Source: the human T2T-CHM13v2.0 reference genome, Homo sapiens
DNA: 64,000 nt
Assembly: GCF_009914755.1 (NCBI RefSeq)
Contig: NC_060948.1
Reading direction: 5' to 3' (one strand)
Below, in pieces: positions 1 to 15,700 of this stretch (the stretch's first letter is position 1; every line of letters starts with the position of its first letter). The position numbers were made by a program, and so were the translations under genes. The notes below the pieces were generated by a model. It worked only from the letters and a program-made list of their open reading frames with translations. It was not told the origin of the DNA and made no database searches.

Positions 1-1580
1 AGTAGAGCCAGTCACCCTGTATTCTGGAGCAACAGGAGTCCGGAAGGCTCATGCCAGGCCTAGCATCCCACACTCTACCCCCTCTACCATGCCAGGAGGC
101 ACTCCTTACTGAGGATGCCAACATGATACTCCTTAATGATCACTTCATTGCATAAATAAAGTTTGTGATGAAAGGAAAACTTCATCCTGCCACTTATACC
201 CCGGGTAGCTGAGTTCCTCCACCTGCCAGGCCAAGGAGAAGAGTACAGACTCAAAGGGATGATTTCATCTAGCTGGGCTGAGGGCCTGCTGGCTGGGGTG
301 AAGCATGTGTTTCCGCTTCCCAGCTCTCCTGCTGAGACACCCCTGGAGTCCAGGAGGAACTCAACCTGACCAGGACCCTCGACCCCTCCCCTAGACCCAG
401 GCTCCCCGGCCTGATCTGCAAATCCATCCTGTAGCTTACTTAGTAGGACTTCCTTATGCTTTCTGAACCCAGACAATATCTGGGTGTGCCCTACAATCTG
501 TGCCTCTGGTCAAGGAGCCTCCAGATGATTGGGTGGGCATGCCAGAGAACAACCTGAAACTTTGCAAGATCTGGGAGAGTGTTGGGCAGGGCTATCCCCC
601 TGACCTTTGGCCTGGCACCCTGCACTGGTGGTTCTGTCTCTATCTGGCATGCAGGAATGGTAGAGGGTGTGGTGGTCTCGTGGGCAGGTGGAGAGAGGCC
701 CAGAAAGCCTCGCCGACAATAAGCTGAGAGCACAAGTAGGCAGGGGATTTTGGTGTGGGGTACTGTGGTGTGAGGCAGCTGTTTCCTCAGAGTTCCTGAG
801 CTGCATGTGGCCCTTGTGCACTGGGTGCTGGACAGGCTCTGCTGAGGGTGTCCAGGTGTGCTGTCCCCTCTTCTCCTGGTCTCCCTGAGGGGTGGGAGTG
901 TCCACTTGAGGGAGCTGCTATGGGTAGAAGGGACTGCAGGGCTGTGCCTGGTGCTCCCCATGGGGCTCGTGTGTGTGCAACAGAGGCGTGTGTGCAACAG
1001 AGTTTACATATGCTCAGGGCCTACAGCTCTTTGGGTACAGCGAGGCAGAGGGAAGAAAGCCTGTCTGGGGAGCTGGTGCCTGCCTTGCAGAGGACAGCAG
1101 CCCAGTACACCAGAACCCGAGTCTTAAGCACCTTGTATTTCTGGGGTAAGGCTGCTGGACACAGACATGGGCAGCCAGGGTAGCTTCTATGGTTGGCATG
1201 GGCTTGCAGACATCCCTTCCTTCAAGGACTTTCCCAGAGAAACATGCCCTACAACTTCCTGCTGTGCATGAAGTGTCCTTGGTGCCACTATTCTCCCGTG
1301 TGAGTGCTGAGCTTGGCGCCCAGTCCCTACCACGTGCCCTCAGGACACCCTCAAGCAAGCTGCCCTCCTATCTGCAGGACCCTGGCCTCAGCTCCCTTCG
1401 CTATCCCCCATTCCCTGCCTCCTGGCTGACCCCTTGTGCCCCTTGCTTGGCTCCCCTGCTCCCCACCCCAAGAAGCCAGATGCCCACCCCCTGCTGCCAG
1501 TCATTCTGAATGGGCAGCTGCAAAGATGTGGCTCTGGCCCAGAAGCTGGAGATGCCCTGGCTGATGGCCTCTGTGCCATC
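1..1580 (-). pseudogene. TSPY: Unprocessed TSPY-family pseudogene (exon 1 3' remnant, exons 2-3, start of exon 4; continues past window start)
   Basis: Minus-strand exon remnants lie in TSPY order. ~1575-1530 ISQGISSFWARA (TSPY VIQSVPGFWANV). 497-416 cag|IVGHTQILSGFRKHKEVL..SYRMDLQ ([26 protein letters not shown]). 222-110 cag|VEELSYPG..MKFSFHHKLYLCNEVIIKEYHVGIL|gt ([31 protein letters not shown]). 23-1 cag|EYRVTGST (EYRASHST). Exons 2 and 3 are frameshifted, and the donors after exons 1 and 2 are mutated (AC, AT). The specific TSPYnP or FAM197Y locus cannot be determined. Confidence 0.85.
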
Positions 1581-3477
1581 CTCATGGTGATTTATACCAT
1601 GTGTATATCACATGGCTAATGTAGCATTCTCATAAAGGAAACCTTGAAATGTGGCTGCTACTTAGTTTTTATTTTCAACTGTTTCAGTCATTGTTATTTT
1701 TCATATGCTTCATAGGGGCTTTTGAATTTTAAAGAGAATACATAAAAACCAAAAAGAGAAGGACAATGAAATTGTGAGACTACAGTCATAATAATTTCAT
1801 TAATTAATTCAATGGTTTAGAGAGCTAGATTAGATTATATTTCTCCCAAAAGATTCTCGGAGAAATTCTAAGATGACGCACCCACTGTTTGAAATGGCTG
1901 TTAAGGTTGTTGCTTAAGTTAGAGTTAACTCTTTTTAAAGCCTGAAGGTACAGTAATAGTTTCATAAATTACAACACGGAAAATAGGATTTTTAGTGCTA
2001 CTTGCTCTCACCAGAAATAACCACAACTTTTAAACTGTTCTTTATGTCAAATTAAATTTTTTGTTTTTCTACCTCATGTTTTGGATGAGGCAAGTATTTT
2101 TAAATGTATTTTCACCATTATCATACTTCTGTGAGAAACTGCAGAGTTAAATTAATATCATAATTATCTTTCAGTTCTACTTGTCTGTTCCTAAAAGTTC
2201 ACATAAGTAAATAATTCCATTTATGCTTGTATCTTTCAGCAACATTATTTCAGATAACAGTGCTCATTACTGCAGATATCATATGTACAGGTCCGAAGGG
2301 AGAAGAAGAAGGATCAAGTAAGCTTTTAAGTCTATATATTTGTAACACTATATCAGAAACTCAGTAGTTATAATGAAATAAAAAAATGATCACAATCAAT
2401 TCCATCTCATACCTAGCCTGAAATAAGAAGCTTGAAAAGAAAAGAAAGTTAAGAACTTTGGGCTTGTCAAAATTTTCCTATATGAAAAAATTATTGGTAA
2501 CTTTCTCTCACTAGAAAACATAAACAAAAATTCATTCTTCATATATGTGTAAATAAAATATTTTTATTTCCTTCAGTTATGACATGCAAGCAAGTAATAA
2601 AGTGAAAGTATAATAATAAAATGATATAAGGAAATTTGTCTGTATCAAAAAATTCCATTGAGGCTATTAATTTTACATAAACCATAGAGAATGTTTCATG
2701 AAACTACATTATACACTACTTTTTGGTATTTTACTTACATTTTAAACAATTAACAAATTAAAGGAAATTCTTAATCATTATTTATTACCAATAACATTAT
2801 ACTTGAGTAATCCTTTTGGGATTAAATATTTTCAGTAAAACTTTAAAAACAAATTGTATTGACTGATATCAGCTTTTGATGAAATAATACTTCTGTATTT
2901 GTAGTCATGTGAAGTATAACTTTCTTCTCACAATGGCTCTTATATAACACCAGTGTTATTGTTTTCTCTGATACAAACCCTGTGATATCTCATGGCTTTT
3001 CTGTATCCATACATTACATGCCTCCAGAGAGTAGGCTTCAAACAGTAGGAAAAATTTTATCTGTGACAAAATTCTAGAAAAGGGAATGGTAAAATGGGAG
3101 AATAATTTCTAAATTTCTAACTGTTCATCAATGGATTTGGATGTATTTAGATATAGACAAATATTTGCACACTGAAAGTTTGCACGTGTGTATAAATTTA
3201 AATGACATACCCATATGTATCAGTTGTATAATCTTTTAATTAATCCTCAGTTTTACATGTGGGAAATTTGAAAAGAGTTTATCCTTACCAAATACTCAAT
3301 TTGAAGTACTACACTCAATGTGATGTAAAGCCAACAAAATCTCTATTAACATTCATTTCAATTAATCCAATAATGTTAACTGCAGATAGCTTCATTCTTT
3401 TCATTCTCCTTGTCCCCTGTTGGCAGCTGAAAGTTGATTCTCATAACATCAAACTCCTGAGTAAATAAACAACAGAT

Positions 3478-3646
3478 GTGTGCCATCATGTCCAATTTAA
3501 TTAATTAATTGCTTACATTTGTAGAGATAGGTATTGCTATATTGTAGAGATAGGTCTGTGCTGGACTTGAACTCTGGACTTGAAGCAATCCTCCCTTCTC
3601 AGCCTCCCAAAGAGCTGCGATTCCAGGCATGAACCACTAGACCTCA
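3478..3646 (-). mobile_element. Old Alu fragment (AluJ/FLAM-like left arm)
   Basis: gaactctggacttgaagcaatcctcccttctcagcctcccaaagagctgcgattccaggcatgaaccact is a diverged antisense Alu left monomer. Confidence 0.7.
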
Positions 3647-4300
3647 GTGAAAAAATTTTGGATTTTAGAATATTGCAATATGTTAGACTTAATTTCTTCT
3701 TTCAATTTTGCATTTGCAGTAGCACTTCAAAATCCTATAAAGGAAAGGTAAATACCCTGGACTTTGCAATTTTGCTGCTTTTCTTTACATTCTTTCTATG
3801 TTTACTACCTCATAAACTCTGTTTTACTTTTTGGTCTTTTCACAAATATCATGCATGAATCTTTCCTGAGACTACTTTTCTCTTGGTCCCTTGATACTAT
3901 ATTTGTCTCTGGTAATCCTTTGTGTGAGGTCCTGGGTTTGTATCCCCACAGGTACATCAATCACCTCTCCCTGGCACTGTTCTCTAATAGAGAGACCCAC
4001 CACTGGGAGGCATGGTTCCTAAGCCCTCATAAAAATTACTTCCTGTTTCAGCTCAGTCAAGGTGACACTGTAGAGATTAGAGAAGAAGAAGATGAGAGAA
4101 GCTAGTGTGTGTCCGTCTCCTTCTCAGCAGGGAATACGTTTCCCCAGTGATTCCATGGCCTGCAGGACATGCTCTCTGTGTTTCCATTTTCCATGTAGTG
4201 ACCCTAATCCTAGACTGGCTCTTCTAAAGCCATTTTCTCCAATTGTCTTCTCTAAATGATTTGGGTACTATTTTTGGAGTTTTAAATTTAAAAAAAGTAT

Positions 4301-5078
4301 TGATATGGAGGTGGGGCCAGGAAGTGCCTGGTAGAGGAGAGTGTGGTTCTTGGCTAGGGCTCCACCCTCAAGCCTGTGCTCACTGAACTAGGTGGGGGCA
4401 TATACTTCTGTTTTCTTGCCCAAATTGGTGAGGACATGCACTTCTGTTGTTTTGCCCAAGTGTTGCATTTTCCAAGACCACCCTTGCCTGCCATACCCCC
4501 ATCCTGTGCTATAAGAAACCCTGAGACCCTAGCAGGCAGATACACAGCAGCTGGACATCGAGAGGAACCATCAGCAGAAGAAGACACAGCAACTGGACCT
4601 CGAGAAGACACCAGAGGAAGGAGAGTACAAGGACGGAGGTGGCAGGCCATCCACTGCAGAGCATGGAGTTCCGCAGGGCTGTGGGAGGAGAGCGCTGACC
4701 TGCCCCATTCCAAGGGAAAACCACCTTCCCACTCAATCTCCTTTCTGACTGCCCATCCATCTGCTGACAACTTCTACTCAATGAAACCTTGCACTTATTC
4801 TCCAAGCCCATGTGTGAGCCAATTTTTCAGGTACACCAAGGCAGAAAACCCTGGGCTCCAGAAAGCCTTCTGTCTTTGCAGTAAGGTGGAGTGTCTAATT
4901 GAGCTAACACAAGCCACCTACAGATGGAGAAACTAAATTAACACCTTGTAACACATGGCCACTGGGGATTCAGGAGCTATAAACTTTCACCCCTAGATGC
5001 TGCCTGGGGTGGGAGCCCCACAACCTGACCTCATTGCTCGCTCTGCAGGGGAGGATAAGGGATGTTTTCTGGTTTTTA
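4301..5078 (+). mobile_element. Solo ERV1 LTR, LTR1 (HUERS-P2)-like
   Basis: Begins tgatatggag. Contains ggctagggctccaccctc, tgttgcattttccaagaccacc, gagaccctagcaggcaga and a degenerate polyA signal. Ends ataagggatgttttctggttttta. Overlapping ORFs are incidental. Confidence 0.7.
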
Positions 5079-6438
5079 TATGAGTCTGTTTCCAGTGCAG
5101 TGTGCTTTCTGCAGTACTGCAGTGTTACCTCATTGCATGTATTTGACAAAATAAGTTACAAACTATAACTAATGTGAGAAGAAAATAAATGGTACAGAAT
5201 AAGGAAGAAAAATGCAACACTGTGTCAGTAAGGAATTTTTTTTACTTCATACAACAGAAAAAGTAAACATGAATTAAACAAACAGGGACTTCTAGTTTTC
5301 AAATGTGAACCAGCCATACTTAGGCAGTTGCTGGCTTTGATCAGTGGCTCTAATGCATGGTAGTAGCAGAGCTGCATGGTAGTAGCAGTAATTTTTTGTC
5401 GTTTTTGTTGCTATTTTCTCCAAGGTGAAACCTAGCTCAAATCCAACACTATGCTGAGTCCAGTTGTTGCTAGCCAGCTTTGCCCACACTCTGGTTTTTC
5501 GGAGTCTTATTAGCTTCCAGTTTATACAGCTACTTTAACGGTGTATTTTTGCTAGTCATGTGAAACTGCTGCTTGAGATTTTCTATTCTCCTGCAATCAC
5601 CTAGTATGTTTCCTGTCTGAAATTATGTGCCTTGCTCATTTTTTCTCCTAAGGGCACTACTGGATGTTCTTTAGCTAATTCTTTTAAAGAGCATTAGTAA
5701 ACCAGTTTCATTTCTGTCAGATACTTCCGAGAATTCCTGAGAAACTTATTCATGTCTCAGCTAAAAACCTGGCACTGGACCACTGCCCACTCAGCTGCCT
5801 GTTATTGACTTCTTTCTTTAGATAAGATCCCCCAGGCAGCAACTGCATGAGTTCCCCCCACCGGACTTCCAATAAAGACCAACATCCAATGTTTAAAACA
5901 TTTTAAGTCTTAGATATAGCATAAAAGGTTTATAGGATACCAAACAACAAATCGGATACATATATTAAAAAACAAAACTTTAGCCAGTACCAGTCTTTGA
6001 CAACAAAGTTAACCATTTTAACTCTACTGTATAAATATATTTACAAATAAAGTGAATGCATAGGGAAATATTTCTTGTATTGTACATACTTTTTCCAGAG
6101 ATGTCTTAAGCACTCATTTAAAATTGATTGAATTATAACCATAAATTATAATGAAAATAGTAGAGTAGAAAGTTTTTGTTTTAACAGATCACATGTACAC
6201 ATTGTTTGGTCTTCCAGTTGTACTGTTCCTTTTGTATGCATGTGTGTATGTCTATGTAATTTTAGATAGTTATAGAGAATAGATTTAGGAGAAGGGATTA
6301 GAAATTAACCAGATTTTCTTTGTAACAAAAAAGAACATGATTAACTTTAATTGAATTTTTAGCGGAACAGTAACACTGGGTAAGTATTTATTCTGCTAAG
6401 GGAAAAGAGGTACTGTGCTTTGCAGACTACAATAATTC

Positions 6439-7503
<1,065 letters not shown>

Positions 7504-8689
7504 TGAGTAAACCAGTGTTGGCCTTTACTGCAGAAATAGATTGGTTTTGGTAGACCCCTGTAGCCAACTACCTGCAGAGAAGGAAATCTTACTAGAGAGA
7601 ATTCTAAATTGAAGAATTAAATATTCTTTCATTTAGGTGAAACATTCACATCTGACATTCTTTTACATTCAGCATAATTATAAAAGTTGAATTTTAATAC
7701 ACTCTCCAAAAATAAAGTAATTACAAAATTAAAAAGAAAATTGTATATTCCTCTTTTTAAAAGCTTTAGCCTATTCAAATCTAAGAAGTCCAGTCTGAAA
7801 TATCTGAAAATAAGATATGAAATGAATAAGACAAGAAAATACAGCAGAATGTACCAGATGTTTTTCTGCATGTTGGACGTACATATATCTGTTCCCTTTT
7901 AGTAGCAGATAGAGTGCAGTCTACATAGTTTTATTCATAATAGATGCCTATGCATCATATATTCACAGATAAATATTATTTCTCTGAAGATTGAAATAGA
8001 AAGCTAGGAAAACACAACATGGCACATAAGCTGAATTACATTTAAGTAAGTGTGAATTATATAGTTAAATGATCTCTTCAAGGGACTTCTCATCACTCTC
8101 TCACTGGGTAGTCTAAGGATTAATTAGTTAAAGTTCCTAGGGTCTTTCAAGCTAAGAAACATTATGTAAGTGCTATGCATTATCATGGTAACAGGAGACT
8201 GAGGCATAAGTGATTTGCAACCTCACAGGCTCTTTGAATTGTGTGTCTAGCCTGATTGACCCTTTTTTCTAACAGTGTTTTATGGATTGGAAAGTGCTTA
8301 TCATATTTGAAGATGAAATGTGCTCTATTGAAATCATGCAATTCTGCAAAATCAATATTTGTTCTATATATTAGTAGAGTGATGTTTCTCAAAATAGAAG
8401 AAAACTTGGGATATGATTTTGTAAGTCAATATATAATAAGGTAGAATTTTGGCATCAATTATAACTTGTATATTATCATTTGACTCAGCTGCTGCTGTCT
8501 TAATTAGTGCAACTGAAGTCTAGTTAATTTGCATAAAGGTAGCTATCCCATCTTTTATACTTTTAAAGACAGTCAGGAGACTATTCACTGTTTCCATAAA
8601 GCTTATATAGACTTTATCAGCATATTTGAATTATGTATGACTGCAGTAATGTCACTTCTAAAATGTAATTTGTTATTTCTTTTAATAAT

Positions 8690-9792
<1,103 letters not shown>

Positions 9793-12700
9793 TTAATAAA
9801 ATATTTTAAATAAACATACAATTATTACCTCTATTCATAGGTCAAATTCTGCCTATGTCCTTCTGTCTTCTTTCACTGCATGATTTTACGTGGATAACGA
9901 GTCAAAAATGAGATGTGCTGGTAATACATTTTATTTCATACTTATAAAGGTAAAACGTTTTTCTTTGAAAGATACCACATTATCCAATTTTTAATTTTTA
10001 AAAATTCCTTGAAAGCAGCAGTGGGGACCGGGAAATTTTAAAGCAGTTACTTCACAAGGTGATTCCAATTTATGCGGAATATTGTTCATTATAAAATTAT
10101 TTTGTTTTTGAGCAAAACTAAAAAAATACAAATACAAAATAACATAATAAACACCATTTTAACCCCACTTAAAAATAACAGCTATTAATACATTCCTTGT
10201 TCTATTTACATTATCTCTGGTTGTAATTGGAATACACCCCATCTGGTTCATTTGCTTTTCTCTATTTCTAGAGGCACCGTAATCATGAACCTGGTATTAT
10301 CTTCATATATTTTATAAATTTATTAAAATCTTTATTTCTAAACAATACTGGTGTTTTGTGCATTTCTAATGTTTTTATGAATATTATAAGCTGTGCATTA
10401 TTTCACTTTTTTTGTTAACATTCTTGTTGAGAGCTGCCATTATGATAGCATAGTTCTTATTCTACTGAATTTCATTATGTTCTATTATGTGTTTATTGAA
10501 ATGCGACAATGAAAAACCTTCCCTATGCCTCTGGGTACACATGTGTGAGAGTTTATAATGAACATACTAGAAGAATGGCTGGACTGCAGTGTGCATACAG
10601 TTTTAACTTTGAGGGGATAAAATATTCTCATTAGTTCCCAGGGCTACCACTTTATTACTATTGCTCATCCATGCTAATCAGCTTAGCATATGTCTCAGAT
10701 TTTCCATTTTTAATGAAGTATTATTATAAGTTACATTGATTAGGACCAGCATGTGTTTGTCAAATGTTCATTTTGTTTAATAATTATACCTATTGTCAGG
10801 GCTCTATCAGTATGTGAGGAAAATAAAATATTAACAGAACGATGAGTTGGGGGATAAGTATGAAGATCAACTTTATTTTCCTAACACAGTTTGTACAAAA
10901 CATAGATAATGCTTCTTTTTCAAGAACAGCATGCAGCAGAGTGCTTGATAATAAATCAATATTCAATGAGTCAGTATTGACTAGAAATGGCCAGCTTTTT
11001 CCAGTCTTGCCTGGTGATGGAAGAAGTATTTTACATAGTTTTTTTCTATGTTGCTCACTTACATGACACTACCAGATCATCATATGGTGGGTTTGGGGAA
11101 AGTGAAGGAAATAATAGGCTAGGTATACATTAATTATGTGCTGGAAATAGAAGTTAGCTCACAGAGAATACTTAATTTGTCTGGCCACAGTGGTTTTGTC
11201 ATCTCTCATATACCTACAACTGCTTATTTATTGGCTGTTTGCTAATGACTTTTTTTAAGAACTCTGTTTCAGCAGCAATGGCCTAAAAGTGCAAGAAGAT
11301 ATTTAATTAAAAACTACCCGATTTCTCTTTCAATCAAATTATGGGTTGAAAAGTGCCAATAAACACATGGTATAATCATAAAGCCTTGTAGTCCATGTTG
11401 GGAACACAGGCTAAAAGTGATATCCTGAAATCCAGAACATGGAGGGCTTAGGGGAAAAACCAGCTGCTATTCCAAAAGGTAATACTTAGTTACATTAAGA
11501 AAACTATGCCTGAAGATGATATTTTCACAGGTTTAATATGTGAATTTGGAAAAATTGAGCATGTAATTCTGAGATGCTTGGCTTTTTATTTAAATCAGAT
11601 TGCAATTTTTTAAAATCAATTGTGTACATTTTTAACTCAATTTTTCTGCACTTAAGAAATATGCATCAATAATTGCTAGTATGTTAGCTCCATTGCCTAA
11701 AGAAGACATTCCAAAAGAGTTGAATAATGCCATTTAGATGTTTCAAACAGAAAATTAGATTAAAAAGTGGTTTGAATTTTTAGTCAATCATTGGGACCAA
11801 AGTAAAGCTGTGGGAATATTATTGTGCCAAAATAAAAAACATTGAAAAATATGATAAATGGTTTTTTAAATTTCGCTTAAAAAGCTAAACATTGTTAATA
11901 ACCTTTATTGGTGACAAGAAGCAGCAACTTTGGAAAAGCTTGCAAGAAACTTTATTTAAAAATCAATATAATATTAAAACAAATGGATTTTGCAGAAAAG
12001 AACTAGAGATAATTATGTTAAGAAACAGATTAATTCATATAAATATGTTCTGGAATAATTATTCTGCCTACTTTTAAATATTTAAATAATAAATATAAAG
12101 AAGTTATTTTCCTATTTTGCCTCAAAATATGTAATTGTGGCATTAAATTTTTGAAGGGATTTCATTTTCAAAAATAGTTAGAAGATAACTATTTCATAGA
12201 TCCACTGATATAATAAAAAATTGCCTGCAAGGAAATAATATAATAAATATTAAATAATTTTATGTATGTTAGTACTGTTTATTCTAAAAAAAGTTTCCGT
12301 TGGAACAATAAAAGTTTCAGTCACCCTAATTTTACTAAATATCATTAGATAGTCCTGTGATTGATGGAAGCAAATTACTATTCCTTACACCCTTGACTAC
12401 ACTCGGTATTATTAATTTAATAGTTACCAAGCTAATGAGCAAAAGTTGGAACGTAATGTGGTTTTGATTTATATCCTGTATTACTAATGAGCTCAAGCAT
12501 CTAGCCATTTTCCGTTGCTCATTTGACTTTCCTATTTTCTAAAATGGATCTATTTACCTGTCCTGCTTTCTTCTACTGGGCTAGATTGTCTATATATTTT
12601 CTTATCTATTTGTAAGTTATTTTGATTTTTTTGGATACTGGTATTTTTATGTATATTTTTCTTAGTAATTTTCTGGAGTTTTATAATACCACAAGGTAAT

Positions 12701-15700
12701 TTTTAGAATTTACAACCTGAAGATTTTCAAAAAGCTAACTCAGAAGTCATTCGTGGCCATAATGCTAACTTCTAATGAAAAAATAATTTTGCCATTTTAG
12801 CAAAACATTCTTTAAAGATACAAATTAGAAAGCACTAAAGTGCTGAATTCTATCTTTTTCATAAAACTTGCATGTAAAGAGTTATTTCAATAAAATCCTT
12901 TACCCTTACAGCAAGAACCAATTATTAAATGTTGATTACCTAGTTCCTGAATGGTTTTCTAAATATTTCACAATAGTCATTTTGGTAACAATCAATTAGC
13001 ATACTTGTTAGAATTACTGGTTCTCCAGGTCTCATTTCAAATGATTGAACCAGGATTTTGAAGGAAAATAAAAAGAAGTATCTGGATATATTTTTATGAC
13101 CCTTGTAATTATTTGGGGATGTTTGTGAAACTCTGGTCTAACACGTAAGATAAAGTAAAACAACAAAAACAACAACAAAAGAAAAAGAATCAAAGAACAT
13201 CAAGTCAGGAGTCAGGAATAAATACCTTATCTTTTCCTCACTCCTGCCTTCTCAAGTCATATGCCCCTGTCTTCTTTCTCTTTCTTGGTAAATGCTACTC
13301 CAACTATCTAGCACTGCATAGGAGTAATTGACCTATTAGTTTGCAATTTAGCAAAAAGTAAGAAAACTATTTCTGAACATTTTCTTTTATGAACCTGTTT
13401 CCAGCTATACACTGTGTGTCAGTTAATGCTATGTATTGCTATAAAATAGCAGTATTTAACAAAAATATTTGACCATTGTGGCAAAATTGTCTTCTGTAAA
13501 TGATCCACTGCTACTAAGATTACATTGATATTTTGGAGACTATACTGACATTTTGAATTTCACATATTCATGGAATATTAGAAAGCGTCTTCAGATGTCA
13601 GCGTCTATAATGATAAGAGTTAATACTTGTATTAACTTCCAAATTTTTCTGTGTTAAAGCAGGTGTGCAGGTATTGAATAAACAGGTAGGCCACTGAGGC
13701 ATAACTGTGGTTAAATTTGTAAAAGTCTTGGTGAAATTGCCCATGACAACATCTCCACAGAAAATTTAGATTTTTGGCTCACCTTGGAGATGTTCAAGAA
13801 AAGGACATTTTTTGTTCCTAATGATTCACCAGCTGGTTCTTAAACGGAGATAGCACAATATTGTGGAAAGAGGCAGTTCTGTAATCTGACATTAGACTTT
13901 AAGATAAGATAATTATTTTGAGACCCAAATTTCAGATGTATGAAGTGGGGTCCAAAATATCTATTACCTGTGTGTGTAGTTATAAAGATCATATAATAAC
14001 AAATTATTCTGTTTACCTTGTACTTTTCTGTAAAACAAGAGCATCATTTAACTTTGTTACTTAGTATAGCTTTGTGTGAACATTTTACAGGAATATTTAT
14101 CTCTTGACAAAGAAAATAGTGATACTGGCAGAGAATGGTACTTACGCCAACATTGACATTGCAGAGCTCCAGCTGTTCTGTAGAGAAACTGGCGTGAATT
14201 GAAAAAAAAAAAAAACTGGACGATTGAAGGTTACTTGTGGGCCACTCTTTATTTACTAAGACTATGTAATTCTCGGAGAGGACACACAACCTGTGAAAAG
14301 TTGGATGTAAATGATGAAGAGTCATTGAGAAAAGGCTGCCTCAAGGATCATCCTCTACATTTCTAGCTTGAAATACAGGGTATTTTGTGCTGTGAATTTC
14401 TGAAATAGTGGAATATCGTAGGAGGAAACATGTTTTGGGCATGAAATGAAGGGCTGGTTTTGGTATGTGGAGATGTAAGACATGCAGTTGGATATGCCAA
14501 GTCTGAAGGTAGAACAAAGATCTGGCCTGAAGTTGGGAATTTCTTAATGGTCAGCATAGAAAGGGTGTTTTAGCCTTGAGAAAACGCAAGAGGATCCATG
14601 ACTGAGATCTGAACAACTTCAACACCTGTAGATTTAGTAAAGATGCCAACAAAATACACAACAAATTCATATTAAAAGTAACAGGAAAAGACAAACAACT
14701 TAGTGAGAGGCATTCAGGCAACTAGCATTTAGCTAGCTATTAGCTAGGAAATTTGGGAAAAAATAAAATGTCTAAAGAACCTTGATCAGGTTTCCAAATA
14801 TACAAAATAAATCCACTTACATGTTAGAAGTCAATATACAAAATCATATTATTGTAATGGTACTATTTAATGGTAATAGACAAAAAAAATTATTCTGAAT
14901 TAAATCAATAGTATATTTTCTATCACTGTGTTTCTTTTCTTCTCAATTTATTTGTGTGTCATTTTAACTCACTAAGCAATGACTCCTCTTAATCCCATCA
15001 CTTTTCATTTAACGCTCCATTTGTTTTTCATATGGGCAATATTTCACTGCCCAGTAGAGCAGAAAGGCAGAATTTGTGCTTTTATATTAGAACCACCTTT
15101 GCTTTTCAGATCTGGGCTTCTGGAGTGTGCTAAATTTAAGTATTCTCATCAGATTTTTCAGATTTCTGTAATCACTTCTCCAACATAAACAGTCTCTGCA
15201 GGTGACGACTACAATAAAATTAAAATTACGCTGGCTTAAAAAAAAGTATGTTTATGTAAATTTGACGCTTTTAAGTTTGAGGCCTATGTTAACCATTGCT
15301 TTCATCAGAGTTCTCTATTCACTTTCCCCAGAATCTCGATCATTTTTTCCCTTCAGACCAGGTCTTACAATGAAGAATATTGCAGATCTTGATACTCTTA
15401 TCTGTAGAAATAAGGACTGCAAGAAATCTTTCAAGAGTTTTAAGATCATTCGGTGACATCTCAACCTGAAATTTTGTTGTCAGACCAAAATCGTGACTGA
15501 GGAAGTATCAGCGTCTTTGGCTCACCTTCTTCTTTCCAGGTTTCTCCTTTCCTTTTCCTGGCACCCAGTGTCTTTAGTCCAGAGAATTATGGTTTGAAAA
15601 TCCAATTCTCCTTTTTACATTAATTTACTGATGACATCATGTGGTATACTTTCATGAGGATGGATTCTATTGAAGAATATCCCAATGCACATGCCACTGC

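Noticed and set aside
84-1619. Many overlapping 60-170 aa ORFs
   Set aside because: They are GC-rich intronic and antisense frames of the TSPY pseudogene; only short exon-sized parts match TSPY.
1620-3470. Possible RBMY-related sequence next to the TSPY relic
   Set aside because: No RRM or SRGY-box exon could be read on either strand.
5292-5890. Purine-biased minus-strand stretch that looks like a decayed retrocopy
   Set aside because: Stops occur in all frames, there is no clear polyA signal or TSD, and no parent protein was recognised; BLASTX would be needed.
10100-12700. Probable ancient L1M/L2 fragments (similar ones near 18700-19400 and 47700-48900)
   Set aside because: Too diverged to delimit or assign by eye.
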